A DNA stretch of 6,732 nt from an uncultured Nitrososphaerota archaeon (GTDB lineage: Archaea > Korarchaeota > Korarchaeia > Korarchaeales > Korarchaeaceae), in assembly GCA_964480775.1 (NCBI GenBank), contig CAYZRF010000044.1, positions 1-6,732 on the forward strand, in the 5' to 3' direction. Below, piece after piece: positions 1 through 5,566 of the stretch. Numbering within the stretch: position 1 is the stretch's first letter; each line of letters starts with the position of its first letter. The translations under genes were made by a program, and so were the position numbers. The notes under the pieces are model-generated. The model saw nothing but the letters and a program-made list of their open reading frames with translations. It was not told the DNA's origin and searched no databases.

Positions 1-82
1 CAAGCCTCATACCCAGTCAGCAAGACTGACAATGCAAAGAGATAAAGGTTCTTTAGCCTGTTACATTAACTAATTGAATAAC

Positions 83-796
83 ATGAAAAAATCTGAGATA
101 CGGGAGCAGATCTGGAAATTACTTGAAGAGAGGGGCGTTGCCAGATTCCCAAAGCCAATTAAAGGAAGAATTCCAAACTTCGTTGGAGCGGAGATAGCCT
201 CAGCAAAACTAAGACAGCTTGAAGAATATAAGCGGGCAAGAGTCATTTTTTGCAATCCAGATTCACCACAAAGGCCAGTGAGAGAATTCGCCCTTAAAGA
301 TGGGAAGATTTTGGTTATGGCCACACCTCGACTTAAGAAAGGATTTCTCCTCTTGGATTCAAGTAAGATTCCTCCTTCTGCCTACTCGAGAGCTTCCACA
401 ATAAGAGGTGCTTTCGAATACGGGAAATTGGTCGGACCATGGAGGCTGCCCTCTATTAACCTTAAAGTGATGGGCTCAGTGGCCGTCTCTCCGGAAGGAG
501 GAAGACTAGGAAAAGGACATGGATACTCTGACATCGAATATGTGATCCTTAGGGAAGTAGGAGCTATCACTGAGGAAACTCCATTAGTGACTACTGTTCA
601 CGATCTTCAAATCGTTCCTATTATTCCAATTCAAGAGAACGACGTACCTGTAGACATTATTGTTACACCTAGCCGTGTGATTAGATGTCCTAGAAGACCC
701 AGACCAAAAGGTGTAATCTGGTCTATGGTATCACGAGAAATGATGGAAGCTATACCAGTACTGAAGGACCTATGGAAAAGAGCAGGTTCAGGTTAG
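83..796 (+). CDS. 5-formyltetrahydrofolate cyclo-ligase family protein (archaeal MTHFS-like)
   Basis: The track ORF 74..796 opens on TTG. The first ATG at 83 gives MKKSEIREQIW..., a typical N-terminus for this family. Family-like blocks are RIPNFVGAE, NPDSPQRPVRE, GSVAVSPEGGRLGKGHGYSDIEY (G-K-G-x-G-Y-x-D) and VDIIVTPSRVI. The assignment is family-level only, and the substrate in an archaeon is uncertain. Confidence 0.8.
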   Translation: MKKSEIREQIWKLLEERGVARFPKPIKGRIPNFVGAEIASAKLRQLEEYKRARVIFCNPDSPQRPVREFALKDGKILVMATPRLKKGFLLLDSSKIPPSAYSRASTIRGAFEYGKLVGPWRLPSINLKVMGSVAVSPEGGRLGKGHGYSDIEYVILREVGAITEETPLVTTVHDLQIVPIIPIQENDVPVDIIVTPSRVIRCPRRPRPKGVIWSMVSREMMEAIPVLKDLWKRAGSG

Positions 797-844
797 AAAA
801 ATAAGAGAGGGGGTGTTTAAGATTCATAAGAACTTACTTCCTCT

Positions 845-938
845 TCTAGAGAGCGTATTTGGCTAAATATTGCATCTAGAGACCACAAAATAGAAGATGG
901 TATGTATAGCCGAAAAATTTGAGATCTAAGTTCTAGAG
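845..938. repeat. Three copies of TCTAGAG (845..851, 875..881, 932..938) in the 207-nt spacer
   Basis: The three 7-mers are exact and each has a palindromic TCTAGA core. Copies 1 and 3 share TTCTAGAG. An AGATCT palindrome lies at 922..927. Function is unknown. Confidence 0.45.
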
Positions 939-944
939 GCTTGC

Positions 945-995
945 TTTTTAAAAGTTAAGGGCGTATGATGCTGAAGAACCAGTTGTAATATGGAG
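945..995 (+). promoter_or_regulatory. Candidate TATA box (TTTTTAAAAG, 945..954) and RBS (GGAG, 992..995) for the HAD gene
   Basis: The A/T box lies about 50 nt upstream of ATG 1004, and GGAG lies 8 nt upstream of it. Pattern only. Confidence 0.3.
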
Positions 996-1003
996 ATTCG
1001 ACT

Positions 1004-1639
1004 ATGAGTGATTCCAAAAAGCTAAGATCGGTTCAAGCTGTACTATTTGATATGGATGGTGTGCTGATAGAGAGTAGCAAGGCTTGGTATCATACTATGA
1101 ATCTCATTTTAGAAAAGCACAGGCTCCCCAAGATAAGTTGGAACGTATTCCTAAAACACCTTGGACAAAGCGTAGAAAAGGATGTGGAGACTTTCTTTAA
1201 GATGCTCACAGTTGAACAACTCAAACAGCTGTATATTGAGCACTTTCCAAGATTTATAGATCTTATAGACCCAATGCCAGGTGCAAGGAATGTTCTAAAG
1301 AAAATAAATCGCTTTGGATTGAAGACAGGCTGTGTGACCAATACTCCAAAGACTCTTGCCCTTAAAATTTTGAAAAGCTTTGAACTACTTGATTTTTTAG
1401 ATGTGGTGATATGTGGAGACGAGGTATCCCTTCAAAAACCGCATCCAGAGCCCATTTTAAGAGCTTTGAGCACCCTAAGAGTTTCACCTGAAAAGGCTTG
1501 CTTTGTTGGAGATACCATTTATGATATAGAGGCCGCAAACAGAGCAGGATGCATTCCAATAGGTCTTAAGGTCGAGTCAGACATCAAAATAAATTCTTTA
1601 AGAGAACTCATTCATTTATTGGGTTTAAAATCTCTCTAG
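1004..1639 (+). CDS. HAD superfamily hydrolase, subfamily IA (phosphoglycolate phosphatase / beta-phosphoglucomutase-like)
   Basis: The ATG at 1004 is preceded by GGAG at 992..995 with an 8-nt spacer. All four HAD motifs are present. Motif I is FDMDGVL (DMDG at 1049..1060), II is GCVTNT, III is QKPHPEP and IV is GDTIYD. An alpha-helical cap segment lies between motifs I and II, as in subfamily IA. The substrate cannot be inferred from sequence alone. Confidence 0.85.
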   Translation: MSDSKKLRSVQAVLFDMDGVLIESSKAWYHTMNLILEKHRLPKISWNVFLKHLGQSVEKDVETFFKMLTVEQLKQLYIEHFPRFIDLIDPMPGARNVLKKINRFGLKTGCVTNTPKTLALKILKSFELLDFLDVVICGDEVSLQKPHPEPILRALSTLRVSPEKACFVGDTIYDIEAANRAGCIPIGLKVESDIKINSLRELIHLLGLKSL

Positions 1640-1658
1640 AACTCTCTAAGTGTGCTCT

Positions 1659-4109
1659 TTACCAATTTGATGTAATTTCATCATTTATTCTTCTCTTTAT
1701 AGGAGGGATATAGCGTCTCAGCGTGAGGGACCATGATGTTACTGAAATAGAGCTTAAGGCCATTGCTAAACCAGCGTACATCGGATAAAGCTTACCAAAA
1801 GCTGCAAGAGGAATCAGGATAGTGTTGTAGCCGAAGGCCCAAGCAAGGTTCTGCATAACTTGCTTTACTGTTCTCTTACTCAGCTGAATAGCTGCGACAA
1901 CATCTCTCAGATCATCCCTTATCAGAATTATGTCCCCAGACTCTATTGCCACGTCGGTTCCGCTTCCTATGGCAAATCCCACGTCTGCCTGAGTTAGGGC
2001 GGGAGCGTCGTTTACGCCGTCTCCTACCATTCCAACAAGGTGCCCCTTCTCCTGCAGCTCAGAAATTTTACTGGCTTTCTCTCCAGGAAGGACTTCTGCA
2101 AAGACTTCATCAATTCCTAGAAGGTTGGCTATTGCTTTAGCTGTTCTTTCGTTATCTCCTGTTATCATGACCACCACGATGCCCATATCTTTGAGAGCTT
2201 CAATAACTTCCTTTGCGTAAGGCTTTGGAGAATCCATCATACCTATGAGTCCAATCACCTTGTTATCAAGGGCTACTGCAACAACCGTCCGTCCTTTAAG
2301 CATCATGTCTTCAGCTACCTTCTCTGCACCGTTCAACTTGACTCCTTTGTCCTTCATTAGCCTGATGCTACCAACAAGCAGATCTTTCCCCATGTACTTA
2401 GCTCTAACACCTTTTCCAGGTATAGAAATGAATTCATCAGGATCTCCTGGTTTTAATCCCAGCTCAATGGCCTTCTCGACAATGGCTCGAGCAAGAGGAT
2501 GCTCGCTGTTCTTCTCGGCTACAGCCGCTAGCTCAATTAACTTAGGATCTGAATTGCCATCCCTTGCTATCGTCGATTTCAGTGGAAGGTATATCCACTC
2601 TACAACGCGAGGAGTTCCTTCAGTAAGGGTTCCAGTCTTATCAAATATCAGATAGTCTAGCTTGCTAGCAAGCTCGAGAGCCTCGCTATTCTTTATCAGT
2701 ATCCCGTATTCTGCTCCCTTTCCCATCCCAACCGATATTGCTGTGGGCGTAGCGAGTCCAAGGGCACAGGGACATGCAACAACGAGGACCGAAACAGCAT
2801 TGATTAAAGCAGTAGATGGTTCTGCACCTGCCAAAATCCAAGATAAGAGGGTGACCCCCGCCACGCCTATTACTATGAACGTGAAAACTCCAGCTATTCT
2901 GTCAACGAGCCTTTGGATTTCTGGTTTTCTACCCATTGCTTCCTCAACGAGCTTTACAACTTGAGCTAGAAATGTTTCAGAACCCACTTTTGTTGCTTTG
3001 ACCTTCAATACGCCTTCCTTGTTAATAGTGCCGCCTATTACCTCGTCTCCAAGTGCTTTCTCAACTGGCATAGACTCGCCTGTTACCATGGATTCATCAA
3101 CAGCAGAGTGACCGTCCACCACTAGGCCATCAGTTGGGATTCTCTCTCCAGGTCTCACCATTATTATGTCTCCGACCTCTATGGCATCTACTGGAACTTC
3201 TATCTCTTTACCTTCCTTAAGCACTCTTGCTCTCTTAGGTCTCAGCTCTAAAAGCCTCTTAATGACAGAAGAGGTCTTACCTTTCATCTTGGCCTCGAAA
3301 TACTTTCCTAAAAGGACGAATGATATGACGGCCGCAGATGAGTCATAGTAAATGTATTTCCAATTTGGATACGGGAATGTGTATCTGATGCTTAATAGAT
3401 AAGCAGCAGTGGTTCCCATAGCGACCAAAGTATCCATGTTTGCTGTTCTCATCTTAGCTGCCCTAAATGCCCCCTGATAGAACCTATATCCTACTCCAAA
3501 CTGAACTATGCTTGCCAGAACAAGCAAAAGATAGGCTGAAACGGCTGTTCCTGCTAGTGGTAGGAATGAAAGGAGTTTGTGCTGGCTGTAGAGTATTATA
3601 GGCACAGTAGCTACCATACCAAGGATTGAAAGCCTCTTTAACCTCAGTGCTTCTTTCTCCTCAAAAGCCTGAGAGAACTCCTCGCTGAGTACTGTGATCC
3701 CTAATGATTCCAGAGTTCTTTCTAAGTCAGCTAGGGAGAGAAGAGCGGGATTGTATTCTATGAATACTTTTCCTAGGACATGATCTGCTGAAACCTGTTT
3801 GACCCCTTCTAAAGAAGAAAGTCTCTCTTCCACTACCTTAGCATCGGGAGCGTCTGATAGCCCAGAGACTCTTAGAATAACGCTTTCGTAAACTACCTCA
3901 TATCCAACTTCCTTTATCGCTTTCTCAAGTACCTCTAACGGAACTAAGGAAGGATTAAACGTTACTAAAGCTTTCTCAGATGCCAAGCTAACTTCTGCGT
4001 TATCAACTCCTTTAATCTTTTTCAGACGTTTCTCTATGGTTAGAGCGCAATTTGCGCAGTGCATTCCACCTATCTTAAGCGATATAGTCTTTTTTGGTAA
4101 AGGAGTCAC
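1659..4109 (-). CDS. copA: Copper-translocating P1B-1-type ATPase (CopA)
   Basis: The product is 816 aa. The N-terminal HMA domain carries GMHCANC. The TM metal site is CPC (2766..2774) and the phosphorylation site is DKTGT (2628..2642). Other motifs are SEHPLA in the N-domain, the GDGVNDAP hinge and TGES in the actuator domain. The Cu(I)-class TM signatures YN-x4-P (GYNTILIP) and M-x-x-SS (MALSS) are both present. The start is GTG at 4109, embedded in a GGAGGTG string, and the next in-frame canonical start (ATG, residue 16) would delete beta-strand 1 of the HMA fold. The exact start is therefore somewhat uncertain. Confidence 0.95.
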   Translation of the reverse strand: MTPLPKKTISLKIGGMHCANCALTIEKRLKKIKGVDNAEVSLASEKALVTFNPSLVPLEVLEKAIKEVGYEVVYESVILRVSGLSDAPDAKVVEERLSSLEGVKQVSADHVLGKVFIEYNPALLSLADLERTLESLGITVLSEEFSQAFEEKEALRLKRLSILGMVATVPIILYSQHKLLSFLPLAGTAVSAYLLLVLASIVQFGVGYRFYQGAFRAAKMRTANMDTLVAMGTTAAYLLSIRYTFPYPNWKYIYYDSSAAVISFVLLGKYFEAKMKGKTSSVIKRLLELRPKRARVLKEGKEIEVPVDAIEVGDIIMVRPGERIPTDGLVVDGHSAVDESMVTGESMPVEKALGDEVIGGTINKEGVLKVKATKVGSETFLAQVVKLVEEAMGRKPEIQRLVDRIAGVFTFIVIGVAGVTLLSWILAGAEPSTALINAVSVLVVACPCALGLATPTAISVGMGKGAEYGILIKNSEALELASKLDYLIFDKTGTLTEGTPRVVEWIYLPLKSTIARDGNSDPKLIELAAVAEKNSEHPLARAIVEKAIELGLKPGDPDEFISIPGKGVRAKYMGKDLLVGSIRLMKDKGVKLNGAEKVAEDMMLKGRTVVAVALDNKVIGLIGMMDSPKPYAKEVIEALKDMGIVVVMITGDNERTAKAIANLLGIDEVFAEVLPGEKASKISELQEKGHLVGMVGDGVNDAPALTQADVGFAIGSGTDVAIESGDIILIRDDLRDVVAAIQLSKRTVKQVMQNLAWAFGYNTILIPLAAFGKLYPMYAGLAMALSSISVTSWSLTLRRYIPPIKRRINDEITSNW
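3687..3884 (-). other. CopA HMA-like domain 2 (degenerate, GLSDAPD replaces GMxCxxC)
   Basis: Residues 76-141 align by eye with domain 1 ([19 protein letters not shown] against [19 protein letters not shown]). Both Cys positions are Asp, with codons at 3852..3854 and 3843..3845. Confidence 0.7.
3894..4088 (-). other. CopA HMA domain 1 (canonical, GMHCANC)
   Basis: Residues 8-72 of CopA have the beta-alpha-beta-beta-alpha-beta length and spacing of an HMA domain. The Cys codons are at 4056..4058 and 4047..4049. Confidence 0.85.
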
Positions 4110-4113
4110 CTCC
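4106..4113 (-). promoter_or_regulatory. Shine-Dalgarno-like GGAGGTGA overlapping the annotated GTG start of copA
   Basis: The minus strand reads ...CAATTGGGAGGTGACTCC.... GGAGGTGA is an 8-nt complement to the conserved archaeal 16S 3' tail (..GAUCACCUCC). The only in-frame canonical start upstream of the HMA fold is the GTG inside it. Confidence 0.35.
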
Positions 4114-4142
4114 CAATTGTAAGGAAATTCTAATCTAGTATT

Positions 4143-4298
4143 TTAGCCTTTTGAGGCATATTTTTTAGGATTTTGAGAAAATTCCATTTTACAGTGCTTA
4201 GAACAAAAATAATACACTTTTTCTCCAAAATTTTCCTTCAACGGAGTTTCTTGAGACACCTTCATACCACAAACTGGACAGGTTGGCACATATATCAC
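4143..4298 (-). CDS. Small TRASH/YHS-domain metal-binding protein (CopM/CopT-like copper chaperone candidate)
   Basis: This ORF was hand-translated from the minus strand and is not in the supplied track. The product is (V/M)IYVPTCPVCGMKVSQETPLKENFGEKVYYFCSKHCKMEFSQNPKKYASKG*, 51 aa. It has a perfect C-x2-C-x21-C-x3-C spacing, matching the TRASH consensus C-x2-C-x19-22-C-x3-C. It also has the YHS-like block YYFCS-x2-C-x3-F-x2-NP-x-KY. The start is GTG at 4298 with a TATA-like box about 27 nt upstream, so the mRNA may be leaderless. The stop is 33 nt upstream of copA on the same strand. Confidence 0.75.
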   Translation of the reverse strand: MIYVPTCPVCGMKVSQETPLKENFGEKVYYFCSKHCKMEFSQNPKKYASKG

Positions 4299-4301
4299 CG
4301 T

Positions 4302-4325
4302 TAGATATATCCAATATAGATATAT
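4302..4325. repeat. Direct 9-bp repeat TAGATATAT x2 (4302..4310 and 4317..4325) overlapping the candidate promoter
   Basis: There are two exact 9-mer copies with a 15-bp period, lying between the E1-like stop and the TRASH start. The region is very AT-rich, so chance recurrence is not negligible. Confidence 0.5.
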
Positions 4326-4330
4326 AATCT
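4317..4330 (-). promoter_or_regulatory. Candidate archaeal TATA box for the TRASH-copA transcription unit
   Basis: The minus strand reads AGATTATATATCTA, centred about 27 nt upstream of the GTG at 4298. This spacing fits a leaderless or near-leaderless transcript. The call rests on sequence pattern only. Confidence 0.4.
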
Positions 4331-4401
4331 TGACTTTTACTTTTCCAATATCGCATTTAGTGAAAAGCGGTAGTTCTTTCTTGGAATGGAACCTCTTTCC
4401 T

Positions 4402-5433
4402 TTATATTCCTACGTATTTAGAATAAAGGGATCTCGCAACGTTCTCTTCAGCTGTCCCCTTAATTATGGCTCTTCCATCAAGGAATACCGATATCTCATA
4501 GGAATTAACATAGAAGTAAAGTACATAAGGGGTCAGCTTAACCTTTCCAAGCCTCTGCAGCCTTTCTGCCAAAGATCCCAGGTCTATGTCTACCCTTTTG
4601 TCAGGCCTTATTTGAACAGCGTTAGCCCCGCAAAGTGTGACTGTCTTGCTGCCCTTTCCTGCTAAGTACTCGTACTCGCCCTTTACACATGCAGGGCAAT
4701 CTTTTCTTCTTGATACTTTGATCCTGAGGAATTCTCCATTCCAAAGATCCCAAAAGAGCACTTCGTTCCTCCTATATTCTTTCCCAAGAAGTATCTTAAT
4801 GGCTTCTGTTGCTTCTATGGATGCTATTGCGATTGGAACAGAATTGAGAATGCCAGCAGTCTCACAGGTTGGCAGAGAGCCTGGGGGTGGGGGCATACTA
4901 ATCAGATCTCTTAGGCAGGCTGTTTCTCCTGGAATGATGTTCATCGTCATGCCATAGGTTGAAATGGCGGCAGCATAAATCCAAGGGATGTGATTCTTTA
5001 AAGCCGCGTCATTTATCAGGAACCTCGTTTCGAAGTTGTCTAGACCGTCAATCACCAAGTCAACTCCTTCTATGAGTTCTTCCACGTTCCTGGGATTCAC
5101 GTCATCAACAACAGGCTCGATCTCTATGGAAGAGTTTATCTTCCCGAGCTTTTCTGCGCACACTATTGCTTTTGGATGACCTGATCGCACGTCCTCCTCA
5201 TTGTACAATATCTGCCTTTGAAGGTTGCTGAGCTCAACGAAATCCCTGTCTATAACTCTGATCCTCCCCACTCCTGCTCTGACAAGCAACTGAGCCGCTG
5301 CTGATCCGAGAGCACCACATCCAATGATGGCAACAGAGCTTTTTGACAGCCTTTTCTGACCTTCAGAGCCTATTTCTGGTAAGACGATTTGTCTACTGTA
5401 CCTCTCCAACCATTTGGGAATTAGAGACATCAT
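4402..5433 (-). CDS. ThiF/MoeB/HesA-family E1-like adenylyltransferase, long form with C-terminal extension
   Basis: The track ORF opens on TTG at 5457. ATG-ATG at 5433/5430 gives MMSLIPKWLERYSRQIVLPEIG..., the usual family N-terminus. Motifs present are the Rossmann loop IIGCGALGS, RVIDRDFVELSNLQRQ, and the active-site-region Cys in TCETAGIL (4864..4866). The second zinc motif CPAC is at 4687..4698. The first zinc motif is degenerate, reading CLRD at 4906..4917. An extra domain of about 94 aa follows CPAC. Confidence 0.9.
   Translation of the reverse strand: MMSLIPKWLERYSRQIVLPEIGSEGQKRLSKSSVAIIGCGALGSAAAQLLVRAGVGRIRVIDRDFVELSNLQRQILYNEEDVRSGHPKAIVCAEKLGKINSSIEIEPVVDDVNPRNVEELIEGVDLVIDGLDNFETRFLINDAALKNHIPWIYAAAISTYGMTMNIIPGETACLRDLISMPPPPGSLPTCETAGILNSVPIAIASIEATEAIKILLGKEYRRNEVLFWDLWNGEFLRIKVSRRKDCPACVKGEYEYLAGKGSKTVTLCGANAVQIRPDKRVDIDLGSLAERLQRLGKVKLTPYVLYFYVNSYEISVFLDGRAIIKGTAEENVARSLYSKYVGI
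4405..4686 (-). other. C-terminal ~94-aa domain of the E1-like protein (function unknown)
   Basis: The sequence is VKGEYEYLAGKGSKTVTLCGANAVQIRPDKRVDIDLGSLAERLQRLGKVKLTPYVLYFYVNSYEISVFLDGRAIIKGTAEENVARSLYSKYVGI. From memory it resembles the C-terminal extension of the ~335-aa Bacillus-type ThiF/MoeB proteins (..VQIRP.., ..DGR.li.GT.. blocks). It does not end in Gly-Gly, so it is not an obvious fused ubiquitin-like tail. Confidence 0.5.
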
Positions 5434-5530
5434 GCACCGAGGATACTTGGGGCCCAAGGATTTAGGTTTTCCTGAGACGAATGCAACGGCTTAGTTCTTG
5501 AGCATATTGCTAAGAGAAGATTGCACCAAC

Positions 5531-5550
5531 TTATTTTTTAGTTTTAGATA
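5531..5550 (+). promoter_or_regulatory. Candidate A/T-rich promoter box upstream of the M3 peptidase gene
   Basis: TTATTTTTTAGTTTTAGATA ends 17 nt before ATG 5567, which is compatible with a short-leader archaeal promoter. Pattern only. Confidence 0.3.
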
Positions 5551-5566
5551 ACCAGTTAGGAAGGAA

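Noticed and set aside
1-73. Possible 3' tail of an upstream + strand gene (frame-1 stop at 43..45), a divergent minus-strand start (ATG at 10..8), and a 5-bp hairpin GTCAG-caaga-CTGAC at 16..30
   Set aside because: There is too little sequence, at most 14 codons or 10 nt, to support any call. The hairpin is short and not followed by a T-run.
70-570. Minus-strand ORFs 70..324 and 382..570
   Set aside because: They are antisense to the MTHFS-like gene, with no motifs, no upstream signals and shadow-frame composition.
965-974. ATGATGCTGA, resembling a C box (RUGAUGA) followed by a D box (CUGA) of a C/D sRNA
   Set aside because: The two boxes abut with no guide region, there is no matching C'/D' pair or terminal stem, and the segment sits in the likely 5' leader of the HAD gene.
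1090-1559. Minus-strand ORFs 1090..1341 and 1362..1559
   Set aside because: They are antisense to the HAD hydrolase, which has all four HAD motifs. They have no independent support.
1632-1648. Direct repeat CTCTCTA x2 in the 19-nt tail-to-tail gap between the HAD gene and copA
   Set aside because: It is a 7-mer of low complexity (CT-rich) overlapping the HAD stop codon, with no hairpin or oligo-T terminator features.
1946-3348. Four + strand track ORFs inside copA (1946..2140, 2245..2655, 2662..2964, 3166..3348)
   Set aside because: All are antisense to a P-type ATPase ORF that carries every diagnostic motif. Their products are low-complexity (S/P/A/L-rich) with no recognisable domains. They are typical shadow ORFs.
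4045-4057. Perfect 6+1+6 palindrome GCGCAA-t-TTGCGC
   Set aside because: It lies inside copA and is fully explained by the codons TGC GCA AAT TGC GC encoding the C-A-N-C metal site, so it is a coding coincidence.
4198-4356. ATG-initiated 52-aa minus-strand ORF (MRYWKSKSQDYISILDISNGD...) overlapping the TRASH ORF in another frame
   Set aside because: It has a canonical ATG but no recognisable motif, and it runs across the candidate promoter. The alternative frame gives a perfect TRASH/YHS cysteine pattern, which is very unlikely to arise by chance.
4330-4957. Plus-strand ORFs 4330..4665 (TTG start) and 4637..4957
   Set aside because: They are antisense to the E1-like gene. The first starts on TTG in the spacer, and neither has recognisable domains.
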